A DNA stretch of 64,000 nt. It comes from a virus. This document shows positions 9,791-19,206 of the stretch, in pieces (the stretch's first letter is position 1; every line of letters begins with the position of its first letter). The notes beneath the pieces are model-generated. The model was not told the origin of the DNA and did not search any database. It was given only the letters and a program-made list of their open reading frames with translations. The position numbers and the translations under genes are program-made. The stretch lies in the IMG/VR virus record IMGVR_UViG_3300008952_000019, positions 1-64,000 of that record; one strand, 5' to 3'.

Positions 9791-11182
9791 TTACGCCGGT
9801 TGGTCCCTTACTGTTATAATTCCTGTCATAGAAGCATTAACATTATGTATATATGAATATGCACCTGGTACCAGTGGTACAGTCCATTTTAATTCGCCCG
9901 GATCAGCAATAGTTGGATTATTATTTCCTGCTGCTAAACCATGCGAGGTATCTAAAGGAACTAGGCCTGGATCTTTTAATGTAAACCCTATACTTTCAGG
10001 GCTCATTACATGAAAATATACTATATCACCTGCATCTATAGTAATAGAAGGATTTTCTCCATTAACAGGTCCTAATCTATCAATACCATCTATAACAAAT
10101 GCATCAGTGCCAATTCCAAAAACATGAAAATGAAATTCTCGTGCTTCCCATGTTGCACTCCCAGCAGAACCATGAAAAGATTTATTATGGTCCCAGCCTA
10201 CTTCTAATGGAGTTCGTCCCCATAAATTATTTGCTACACAAACATATAAGAACCATTTTCCTGCATGATTTCCTACTTTAATTTCCCCTATTTTACCTTT
10301 TTTATTATGTTCTGGTGCCTTATCACCTTCCACATATTTGCCCCCAGCAGGTTCTTCAATATTTTCTTGAGGTATTGTACCATCGCCTGTTTCGGCTGTA
10401 ATTACATTTTCTTGTAAAGTAAAAGAATATTTATCCCATTGAGTATGACCGCCAAATAATCTTTCAGCAGAATTTATAGGTGAAAGAAGAGCTCGTTGCC
10501 TATAATTACTTTGTTGGGTAGAGATATCACCTATAAAATCTCTATAATATTTAAAATCATACCAATATTCTATTCGAGGATTACTATTATCTTTTAAAGA
10601 TATTCTAGCACCATATGTTCGCGAACCAAAAAAATCTTTAAATTCCGAATATGCACCTGATGTTGCAGTACCGTATTCCCATGGATGAGCTCCCATAATT
10701 TCAATGTCACCCGGTGATACTGCTGACTCAGGAATAGCCTGTATATATCTAGGAACAACAACTGCCGAAAGGATTGAATAAACTTGTGTTCCTTGGGCAG
10801 GTTGCGTATGAGGTATTGTTATATTCTTATACCCTTTATACCAACCTCCTCCTGGTAAAGCATTACAAGCCTCTTTATCTAGAATTGATTCATCAGCAAG
10901 CCAATGGCCACCTGCATTTAGACAATTAGTTTTGGTCGTAATATAATTATCATTTGTATCTTTAAGTACACTTCCGCCGTCTAATGCATCCATACAAAAA
11001 TAACATCCACCTGCTTTCTTTCCTTCTTTGTTGTCTCCTATCCATATCGAACTGTCACTTAAAAATAAATGTCTAACTTTTTTTTCTGCCGAACCCAAAT
11101 CATATACTTCAGTTGTTTCAGGTAAAATGTGTCCTGTTTGTGTACCTGATGATTGTCTAAGATTTTTTAAATCTTGTGCCAT
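9791..11182 (-). CDS. Fibre-like structural protein with Cys mini-repeats and a degenerate cupredoxin-like C-terminus
   Basis: HILP....YDLGSAEKK.RHLFLS fibre motif; C...GG.W repeats; C-terminal NPSITI..GD.V.F...WTVP...YSY......MTGIITV. Confidence 0.6.
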   Translation of the reverse strand: MAQDLKNLRQSSGTQTGHILPETTEVYDLGSAEKKVRHLFLSDSSIWIGDNKEGKKAGGCYFCMDALDGGSVLKDTNDNYITTKTNCLNAGGHWLADESILDKEACNALPGGGWYKGYKNITIPHTQPAQGTQVYSILSAVVVPRYIQAIPESAVSPGDIEIMGAHPWEYGTATSGAYSEFKDFFGSRTYGARISLKDNSNPRIEYWYDFKYYRDFIGDISTQQSNYRQRALLSPINSAERLFGGHTQWDKYSFTLQENVITAETGDGTIPQENIEEPAGGKYVEGDKAPEHNKKGKIGEIKVGNHAGKWFLYVCVANNLWGRTPLEVGWDHNKSFHGSAGSATWEAREFHFHVFGIGTDAFVIDGIDRLGPVNGENPSITIDAGDIVYFHVMSPESIGFTLKDPGLVPLDTSHGLAAGNNNPTIADPGELKWTVPLVPGAYSYIHNVNASMTGIITVRDQPA

Positions 11183-11183
11183 A

Positions 11184-14100
11184 TTAATTCTCCGCTATTA
11201 CCCAACCATTAGTAGCATCATAATAAACTAATGTAAGACCTGCTCTTGATGAAGTAATTTCTAAATCTTGGGCAGTTCCTTGGATATTTTTACCATTTCT
11301 TGCTACTGTTATTTTATTTGTATTACTATTGCCTGCTGCATCTACTACCCTGATATAATTACCTGTTACAGGACTTGCCGGCAATGTAATAGTTACTGTA
11401 TTACTTGTAGTATCAACAAGATATTGGGCACCTACAGTTGCTGAAAGATTTGATGTTGCTGTTGTCCAGCCGGCTTTTGCAATTAAATTACCAGGAACAG
11501 TTAATGTGCTACCGTCATAATAATAACCTAATTCATCACCTTCACCTATTGTAAATGAATAATTATGTGTAGTAGAAGTATAACCATTACTAGCAGTAAC
11601 AGTAAAACTATATACATTCGATGTTTCATATGTACCTAATGTACCTGTTAATTTTCCTGTACGTTTACTAAAAGTTAATTCAGAAGGTAAATTACCAATT
11701 AATGTATAATCTGTCTCGCCTATATTTTCATTTGCCCAAGATGTTATTGTTGCTGATAAATCTTGATTTATAACAACACCTGAATAAAATGTAGCAAAAT
11801 TAGTCGCTGAAGTTGCCCAAGTTGTATTCCAATCTGCTATTTGGTAATTAGGACTAAAACCTATTCTATTAGGTGTTATAGTTGTCGGAGTATATTCTAT
11901 ATGAAATAAATTACCTTGTCCTATAGGCGCCGCTTGAACAGTAACACCATCAGGATTATTCCATTTTAATCGCCATTTTCTTGTGTTATCGTTAGCGCCT
12001 CCGTTTTGGTAATCTACATTCCAGGCACCTGTAACTCCTGCGTGTCCGCTGACAGTTACACCATCCATTTTTAATAAGCCATCTGTCGAATCATGAGTTG
12101 TTAAATTAGCTGGCGTCGATGTTGTTCCTGTTTTTAATACCGATGCATATACATTACTGCCACCTATTTGTCCGTTTGCATTTGCTTGTCGATTTAATAA
12201 AGTTATTTCTACTTGATCAGATGTAGTATTACTAGTAACAACATGCCAATCATTTAGTACCCAAGGATCTGTTCCTAAAATACTACCTGGATCCATACCT
12301 ACAGGATTCATAGAATAAATATCAGGATCTAATCCTGCCCCTCCTGTTGTTCCGTTTAATTGTATCCAATCGTCTGCCTTAAGACCATGATCGGGCCATG
12401 TTATCATTATAGAACCAGAACCTGATGTAGTCTTTAACGGATTATCAGGTAATTTTATTTTAGATGCTATTTTAGTAATTTTATCTATCGCAGTTGCTCC
12501 ATATGTATTCCATGTTGTTACAGACGAAGGCACAGATACTGCATTATTTGAAATATTTTGAGCATGGACATAACCATAAAATTCTTCAGCCAGTACATAC
12601 GGAAACATAGGTTCTCCGGAATATGCATTTCCTGATGTTTCAATTGTTGCAAAATATGCATAGGTTCCGTTAGGAAATTCAGGTGTTACGCAATCTCTAC
12701 CATTATATTGATCTAAGTGTCTATTAGATACTGTACTATCATATATATAATCTTCTATAAAAGTACCTAACGGATTAGATCCATCAACTGCTGGTCCCCA
12801 TGTTGTATTACTTTCAGGAGAATAAGAACCTGCGGTAACTCTAACAGAACAAGTTCTTGCACCGTCAGTAGAAGGATCATATTCACTTGCAGTTTTTAAC
12901 CTCCATCCTGGTATCATTTTTGTAATACCACTAGATGAATTATTTGCAGTAGTATGACCAAAAGGACCATATATGGGATAACCATCTAATGCCCAACCTA
13001 TAATTGGCGAATGATTAGGAGTACCAGATGTATATATATCATTTAATTCCGATCGTAATGTAGGAGAAGCTGTTTTATAATTGTATCTAAAATCTGAAGT
13101 ACAAAAACCATAATTTGTGTCCTTAGTACTACCATCTTTATCAAATGCATTTTTATGCCATACATTACCACCGGTATTAGTTTCCATTTGTGCATTAGCG
13201 GTATGCCAACTATCGTTATCTCTTTTATTAAAAATAGGCACACCATTTACACTTATTCCGACCATACCAACCGGAGTTACAGTTTTAGTACCTGTATTTT
13301 TAAGAGGAGTTCTTGCTATTGCTTTAATATAACTTTTATCAGCAGGAACATATCCTGCTCCTGATGATCCAGGAAACGGACCTGTGGCATGTTCTGCTAT
13401 ACCTGAAAAATATGTATAAATGTAATCATTATCATATTTTATTGTTTGTATTAATGCATTACCTGTGTCAGATACTCCTCCGACACTATCTGTATGTGAT
13501 CCTTTTTCTCCTCGTTGTCTGATCCAAGACGTAAAATGTAAACTAGAACTAGACGATGCGATTAACCAATTTTTAATTTCTTCCGGAGTTCCGCCTGTGT
13601 TTGCTGCTTCTATTCTATTTTGATGTATTTTATTGCATACAACACCTGCAATTAAAGGAGACGAATAAGATGTTCCTGCTTGACCCGTAGTTGTACCCCA
13701 ATTACCTCCTCCAGCATCATACCAACCCATAGTATTTAAATCTTGCCCAGGTGCCGAAATTGTTACTGATGACCCATAATTAGAAAAATAAGCCATTTCC
13801 CATTTTCCGCCCGAAGCCTGTACACCATTTTCATTATAACCACCTAACGAATCGAATTTTAATGCACCAACAGTAATTGTATTTGCTACGGTATTTTCCC
13901 AATGAGGACCTGACATTCTAGCAGGTTCTATTACTCTTGCATCTATAGGTCCTTGAAATTGTGCTTCTAAATTAACTATTTTATTGAATCCATTTGCGGC
14001 TGCTATACAAACATGAACACCAGCCTCTGTTAATTGACGCATTACATCATCTGTATCATCAGTGGCATCATTAGGATCATCAAAATCTACAAACAAATCA

Positions 14101-15044
14101 TTTGGAGCAACAGGCGAATTTGCAATAGAATAATTAACAACAGAAGGTACATCTGTTCCTTTACCGTTATGCCATGTAAGAACTGCATTTAATCCTAGTA
14201 AAATATCTGATGTCCAACCTGAATTTGCTCCAGTTCCTAACAAATCCATTACTTTACAAGCAAATATATTTGCTTGTTTTGCTATTCCAGCAAATCTTCC
14301 TGCAGCAAATTGGGCACAATGAGTACCATGACCTTGGGTATCTTCATTATTCCAATCCTTATTGTTAGCCATTGCAATAGTACCATAAATAGGATGATTA
14401 TATTGGCCTCCTTGAGTTAAATTAAAACCTGGTAATGGCTTAACTCTATTACTGTCAATATCATTTAACATATCAGGATGAGCAGACCCTATTGTAGGAT
14501 TTAAAACAGCCGGTGTCCATGTGCTATTACCTAATCCTACTGCCTCGCATCCATATTGATCTTTATATGCAGTATTACCACATGTACCAAACCCACATTG
14601 AGTAGTCCCTTGACTAGCTCCTGCTCTAGCACCAGCAACGCCAGAATCAACAATAACTAGATCAACATTATCCAATCCATCATATTTGTAACTATATTCA
14701 CCATTTGAATTGGCGGAAAAATCCTCTTTAGACATAGCATCTAAATGCCAATAATAATAAGAACCACTTAATGCTAATGCGGTTTGTTTGCCGCTGGTAA
14801 AATTTTCTATAATAGGAGCATCTGTTGTAGTAGTACCCATATCAGCACATGCTATTTGTTGTTCGCTATCTTTTCTAATTCTTATTATATCTGTATGATC
14901 TATCCAAGTTTGTAATTCGACATCATCGTCTGTATCTGCAATTATTCTATTTAAGTTATCTAATTTTACAGGATTAGAAATGTTAAGATCACTAATAACT
15001 TCATCTAATGTCGGCCCTTCTTTTATTTTTAAAATATATCTCAT
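11184..15044 (-). CDS. S8 (subtilisin-like) peptidase + YHYH-like domain + Ig-like repeat + C-terminal fibre-type module
   Basis: Catalytic triad VIVDSG / GHGTHCA / GTSYSSP and the AYFSNYG..VTISAPG motif. YHYH-family motifs HSPIIGWALDGYPIYGP and LDQYNGR..VTPEFPNGTYAYF. Ig-like GNLPSELTFS..TG.LTGT. Confidence 0.85.
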   Translation of the reverse strand: MRYILKIKEGPTLDEVISDLNISNPVKLDNLNRIIADTDDDVELQTWIDHTDIIRIRKDSEQQIACADMGTTTTDAPIIENFTSGKQTALALSGSYYYWHLDAMSKEDFSANSNGEYSYKYDGLDNVDLVIVDSGVAGARAGASQGTTQCGFGTCGNTAYKDQYGCEAVGLGNSTWTPAVLNPTIGSAHPDMLNDIDSNRVKPLPGFNLTQGGQYNHPIYGTIAMANNKDWNNEDTQGHGTHCAQFAAGRFAGIAKQANIFACKVMDLLGTGANSGWTSDILLGLNAVLTWHNGKGTDVPSVVNYSIANSPVAPNDLFVDFDDPNDATDDTDDVMRQLTEAGVHVCIAAANGFNKIVNLEAQFQGPIDARVIEPARMSGPHWENTVANTITVGALKFDSLGGYNENGVQASGGKWEMAYFSNYGSSVTISAPGQDLNTMGWYDAGGGNWGTTTGQAGTSYSSPLIAGVVCNKIHQNRIEAANTGGTPEEIKNWLIASSSSSLHFTSWIRQRGEKGSHTDSVGGVSDTGNALIQTIKYDNDYIYTYFSGIAEHATGPFPGSSGAGYVPADKSYIKAIARTPLKNTGTKTVTPVGMVGISVNGVPIFNKRDNDSWHTANAQMETNTGGNVWHKNAFDKDGSTKDTNYGFCTSDFRYNYKTASPTLRSELNDIYTSGTPNHSPIIGWALDGYPIYGPFGHTTANNSSSGITKMIPGWRLKTASEYDPSTDGARTCSVRVTAGSYSPESNTTWGPAVDGSNPLGTFIEDYIYDSTVSNRHLDQYNGRDCVTPEFPNGTYAYFATIETSGNAYSGEPMFPYVLAEEFYGYVHAQNISNNAVSVPSSVTTWNTYGATAIDKITKIASKIKLPDNPLKTTSGSGSIMITWPDHGLKADDWIQLNGTTGGAGLDPDIYSMNPVGMDPGSILGTDPWVLNDWHVVTSNTTSDQVEITLLNRQANANGQIGGSNVYASVLKTGTTSTPANLTTHDSTDGLLKMDGVTVSGHAGVTGAWNVDYQNGGANDNTRKWRLKWNNPDGVTVQAAPIGQGNLFHIEYTPTTITPNRIGFSPNYQIADWNTTWATSATNFATFYSGVVINQDLSATITSWANENIGETDYTLIGNLPSELTFSKRTGKLTGTLGTYETSNVYSFTVTASNGYTSTTHNYSFTIGEGDELGYYYDGSTLTVPGNLIAKAGWTTATSNLSATVGAQYLVDTTSNTVTITLPASPVTGNYIRVVDAAGNSNTNKITVARNGKNIQGTAQDLEITSSRAGLTLVYYDATNGWVIAEN

Positions 15045-17176
15045 GCTAATACCTCTGTTGTGTTAACCGCAGCAAACCATTTTATATTTTCTCCGCCTTT
15101 TCCTTGGACTCTAATACGTAATGCATTATTAGCATTTAATGCATCTACTGTGCAATCATATGTAGAATCTGTTCTACCTAATATTGTTTTCATAATTGTT
15201 CCAAGAATAGATGTTGTACCGGTTGTGTTTATAATACATCCTTTAAAATTCCATGATGCAGTTTTTTCATTGCCTGCCGACATACCATATCGCTGTGCTA
15301 CTATCATAATATCAAATGCTATTGCAGTACCATTTGCTAATACTAATCTAGAATCAGTAACATTTTTAATAAATATTTCTGTTAAATCGGCATTATCTAC
15401 CGCTGTAATTCCTTTATATAAATAAATTCCTTGTTTAGTATCGCCAGTTGAAGAAAGATTTGCACCAACAGTTTGAATGATGTCTGTGTCAGTTGTTATT
15501 GATTGACCATCTATTTTTAAATTATCTACAGTCAACGATCCGTTTATACTGTGATCTCCTGCTTCGTCTAATAATTTTATCCATGCAGTATTATGTGAAT
15601 AATACGGAGTAGCAGAATCGTCGGCAATAGCAAACATACCGTCATATGTAGTTGCATTAGGAAGACCTGCAAAATTTGTAAAAGTATTACTAAAAAAACT
15701 TTTACCTGTAGTTACAATATTAGCAGCACCAAATTCAGCATGACCAGTTCCTGCTGGTCTAATAACAATATTGCCATTAGTTGTTGATGTTGTAATTTCT
15801 CTTGCTAATACATCTAAATCGCCGCCTAACTGAGGTGTAAGATCGTCTTTAATATCCGATAAACCTGAACCGCCACCGCCACCGCCTCCCGTCGGAGCAT
15901 CTACCCATTGGACACCTGAACCTGTAGATTCTAACATTTGTCCTGAGGTACCATAGTTTGATGGCGTGTCTGTTAATCCTGTTAATGTTGTTGTAACTGT
16001 TGCTTCGTTCGAATTAATCCATTTACTACCATCCCACCTTAAAATTTGGTCACCTTGTGCTGATGATATTGTTACATCAGATAATGCATTTATACTTAAC
16101 CCAGAAATACTAGTTAAATAGCCTACTGCCCCATGGTCTCCCCATCCGTGGGCAGTATCCCAATTGGTTGCATTGTCGGTTACTATACTATAACTTCCGG
16201 CAACAGATCCTCGTTTCATTAATCCAACTGAGGTAAAATCACTATCATCTAAATATGTTTTTGTTCCTAAAACAGTATTAACTCTATCATCTGTATAATA
16301 TAAATTACTTGAGCCTTCGTCAATATTATCTGTTGTTGCAACTAATGATATAGTACTTGTAACTTTATTCCAACTTAAAGGAGCAGTTGCAACAATATCT
16401 CTAAAATCTATACCTGTTGCATTACTATTAACTCTTGCAAAAAAGTTGGCTTTGTTTGTATAATTAGTCGGAGTATCAGATAAACCAGTTAAAGTGGTTA
16501 CTCCTCCTGAGCCACCACTTTTATCACCTATAATCCAATTACCATTACTATATTCTAATATTTTACCATTTGATGCTCCGGTAGTCACAACATCTGTCAA
16601 TCCTGATAATGTTGTACCCGAAGTAGATGTAGTAGGAATCCAATTTGTTCCATTCCATGCAAGAACTTGACTAACTGTGGGTGCAAGAGATGTTGTATCT
16701 ACATCACCCAAAGAATCAATACTACTAGACGAATTTAAATATAATCCTGCATGATTGCCCCAACTAAATGCGGTATCCCAACTTGTTATTTTTGTAGCAT
16801 TTATACCTGCTGCTACGTGAGCAGAAAATACAGGATCTGTTTCAGCAGGAGCAGAATATGTATTATTAATAGTTATTGAATCATTTGAATTATCAGTTGT
16901 TATAGTAACATTAGAACCAGCAACAAATGTTAATGTATCAGTTGCAGTATCTGCCACTAAATTTGATTGGCCTGACACAGAAACTGTTTCAAATAAATTT
17001 TGGATTGTACCTCCACCACTACTAGATGCAGATACTAACTTTCCACCAGCAGTAGAACCGTCTCCTACATATAATTTAGGATTAGATTCGCTAACGTCAA
17101 TTACTATTAATTCACCTATCGAAGGAGTGTAATTTGTTCTATTACTAGCTGTACCTCTTTTAAACTGAATTGCCAT
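15041..17176 (-). CDS. Tail fibre protein with Mtd N-terminal-like domain
   Basis: MAIQFKRGTA...P..GEL...KLYVGDG start; L..L.DV, WGNH/WGDH and TPQLGGDLDV fibre repeats. Confidence 0.75.
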   Translation of the reverse strand: MAIQFKRGTASNRTNYTPSIGELIVIDVSESNPKLYVGDGSTAGGKLVSASSSGGGTIQNLFETVSVSGQSNLVADTATDTLTFVAGSNVTITTDNSNDSITINNTYSAPAETDPVFSAHVAAGINATKITSWDTAFSWGNHAGLYLNSSSSIDSLGDVDTTSLAPTVSQVLAWNGTNWIPTTSTSGTTLSGLTDVVTTGASNGKILEYSNGNWIIGDKSGGSGGVTTLTGLSDTPTNYTNKANFFARVNSNATGIDFRDIVATAPLSWNKVTSTISLVATTDNIDEGSSNLYYTDDRVNTVLGTKTYLDDSDFTSVGLMKRGSVAGSYSIVTDNATNWDTAHGWGDHGAVGYLTSISGLSINALSDVTISSAQGDQILRWDGSKWINSNEATVTTTLTGLTDTPSNYGTSGQMLESTGSGVQWVDAPTGGGGGGGSGLSDIKDDLTPQLGGDLDVLAREITTSTTNGNIVIRPAGTGHAEFGAANIVTTGKSFFSNTFTNFAGLPNATTYDGMFAIADDSATPYYSHNTAWIKLLDEAGDHSINGSLTVDNLKIDGQSITTDTDIIQTVGANLSSTGDTKQGIYLYKGITAVDNADLTEIFIKNVTDSRLVLANGTAIAFDIMIVAQRYGMSAGNEKTASWNFKGCIINTTGTTSILGTIMKTILGRTDSTYDCTVDALNANNALRIRVQGKGGENIKWFAAVNTTEVLA

Positions 17177-17195
17177 TAATTATTCCTTCATCAAA

Positions 17196-17203
17196 TATTT
17201 ATT
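17196..17203 (-). promoter_or_regulatory. T4-type late promoter variant AATAAATA
   Basis: tatttatt on the + strand, in the gap 20 nt upstream of the 17176 start. Confidence 0.55.
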
Positions 17204-18076
17204 TTAATCAGGTATTATACCAAAATCTATATTTAGATCATTTAAATTTGCACTAGTTAAATTTAATGATGTTATTATATCATCTAATTTTTTAGGTGCC
17301 CATTCTGCTCCTGTCCAAGTTAAAACTCTATTAAGACTAGGAGCAACTGATTGAGTATCTACATCATTTAGATCATTAATCGTTTGAACTGCATTACTTT
17401 TATCTGTATCAGGTATCCATTTTGCACCGTTCCATTTTAGTACGTTACCTATCCCTACACCATAATTTTCAGTATCTATATCATTTAAGTCATTAATTCC
17501 AAAAGAACCTATAGATAATGTTACTGGACTATATTCAGTGCCCGACCATGCAAGATACTGGCCAGACGTAGGAGACACTTCTCCTACGTCTGTTAAAGAT
17601 GATGTAGCAAATAAAGGAACTGCGGTTAAGTAACCTACTGTTCTATGATCTCCCCAACTATTCGCTGCTTCTGCTTTTGTAGCAACATTTGTAACACCAT
17701 CTATTGTTCCTGTTAATTGTATATTTGCATTTATATCTAAGACGGATGTAGACGCATCCCATGAAAATTTTTCAGTACCATCTAATGTCATTTTAATTGA
17801 TGTTGTGTCTATAGTTATATTATTAGAACCATTAACAATAACATTTGCATTACCTAATGTTGCAGTAGAAACTTTTGTATCTATTTCTGCTTTACTATAT
17901 AAACTTAAATTTGTCCTTGCCGCCGAAGCAGTTGATCCACCAGTACCGCCGGCATTAATAGTTAATCCGTTGGTTCCTGTAAAATTAGAAGCATCCAAAT
18001 AAAATGAAGGTACTTGACCTCCAAATCTAGTAGCATCTCCTGCTACCCTAACTGCTCCTTTTAATCTACTTGCCAT
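17204..18076 (-). CDS. Fibre-like structural protein
   Basis: GGTGGSTASAARTNL, WGDH..GYL, and three L.DV...L.W.G..W.P-type repeats. Confidence 0.7.
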   Translation of the reverse strand: MASRLKGAVRVAGDATRFGGQVPSFYLDASNFTGTNGLTINAGGTGGSTASAARTNLSLYSKAEIDTKVSTATLGNANVIVNGSNNITIDTTSIKMTLDGTEKFSWDASTSVLDINANIQLTGTIDGVTNVATKAEAANSWGDHRTVGYLTAVPLFATSSLTDVGEVSPTSGQYLAWSGTEYSPVTLSIGSFGINDLNDIDTENYGVGIGNVLKWNGAKWIPDTDKSNAVQTINDLNDVDTQSVAPSLNRVLTWTGAEWAPKKLDDIITSLNLTSANLNDLNIDFGIIPD

Positions 18077-18086
18077 TCATAATTCC

Positions 18087-18401
18087 TTATACATCTGTAT
18101 ATGATGCGGTTGCACTAATTGTACCTGTACCTGCTATACCTATTAACGAATCTGTGGGATCTAATAATAATTTTTCTGTATCAAATGTTAATGTATCTGT
18201 TGCGTTTATCTCTGCAGATTTTATAATAGTATTATCATCACCAGCAGATCCGCCCCCGGGTACTGCATAAACTGTAATTGTATCTGTATTTGATATATTT
18301 GTATTACAAAAAAATAAACAAGTAACCGCCCTCACTTTTCCGGAGGTACCGGTAATTATTGTTGTATTAGAATTTGCTACTACTGTCGATGCTAAAGCCA
18401 T
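18087..18401 (-). CDS. Small virion structural protein
   Basis: VTCLFFCNT...ITVYAVP......N.II....I.A.DT..F..EKL.L...DSL family of large phages, as recalled. Confidence 0.6.
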   Translation of the reverse strand: MALASTVVANSNTTIITGTSGKVRAVTCLFFCNTNISNTDTITVYAVPGGGSAGDDNTIIKSAEINATDTLTFDTEKLLLDPTDSLIGIAGTGTISATASYTDV

Positions 18402-18418
18402 AGATGTCTCTTTTACTA

Positions 18419-18426
18419 TATTTATT
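18419..18426 (-). promoter_or_regulatory. Late promoter variant AATAAATA
   Basis: tatttatt on the + strand, 18 nt upstream of the 18401 start. Confidence 0.55.
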
Positions 18427-19169
18427 TAAAATAAGAGAGCGTTAACTAATGCTTTTCTATCAACATATGCTTTATTTGCAGCATGATCGTCTTGGGTAGG
18501 ATCTCCTGAAAGTGTTAATGCTCCTGTCATTGTATCTCCGACTTTTAATACATTAGAAGAGGCTGCACCAGTTACGGCGCCTTCTATATTTGTTAATATT
18601 GTTTCCCCTCCTGTTGTCCATTTATCTGTCGAATCATCCCATAAAAATGATTTATCTGTTTCTGTTCCTCGTTCTACAGTAAATCCTGCTGAACCCGAGC
18701 CTCCGTCTACTCCTGCTCCTTGTTCATTAGAATTTACAGTAAGAGTGTTTGATTGTACAGATAAAGAAGAAAATACATTACTTACTGTTTGGTCTTGTCC
18801 GCCTAATATTTGTAATGTACCTGAAACAACAAGATTACCTGGTGTTTGTAAATCGCCTGTTAATTTGCTGGTACTAATAGATTTGTCAGGTATAGTATGA
18901 AGTTGGACAGGTCTAGTTAAATGTAAAATTTGTATTTGTGTAGTACTTGCAGGAACATTTAATATTTTTAAATTTGAATCTTCGTTTAACGTATAATCTA
19001 ATTCAGGTTGTTGCGTAAGTCCGTTAAAATTTACAAGAATTGCTCTTGAAGTTAAGGGTTTCGGTACACTTAACGCATAAATAGAAGTAACACCATCCGA
19101 GGTGTAACTATCAAATGTAAAAGCAGTATTGTGTAATCTATTTTCAACATCAAAACCAATATAAGCCAT
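18426..19169 (-). CDS. Virion structural protein
   Basis: MAYIG start, SDGVTSIYAL...VNFNGLTQQP..DY domain, and a KVGDTMTGALTLSGDPT...AANKAYVD fibre motif. Confidence 0.7.
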   Translation of the reverse strand: MAYIGFDVENRLHNTAFTFDSYTSDGVTSIYALSVPKPLTSRAILVNFNGLTQQPELDYTLNEDSNLKILNVPASTTQIQILHLTRPVQLHTIPDKSISTSKLTGDLQTPGNLVVSGTLQILGGQDQTVSNVFSSLSVQSNTLTVNSNEQGAGVDGGSGSAGFTVERGTETDKSFLWDDSTDKWTTGGETILTNIEGAVTGAASSNVLKVGDTMTGALTLSGDPTQDDHAANKAYVDRKALVNALLF

Positions 19170-19191
19170 TTTACTCTCGTTTAATTATTAA

Positions 19192-19199
19192 TATTTATA
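19192..19199 (-). promoter_or_regulatory. T4-type late promoter TATAAATA (perfect)
   Basis: tatttata on the + strand, within the 37-bp divergent gap, 23 nt upstream of the 19169 start. Confidence 0.7.
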
Positions 19200-19206
19200 A
19201 GGAATT

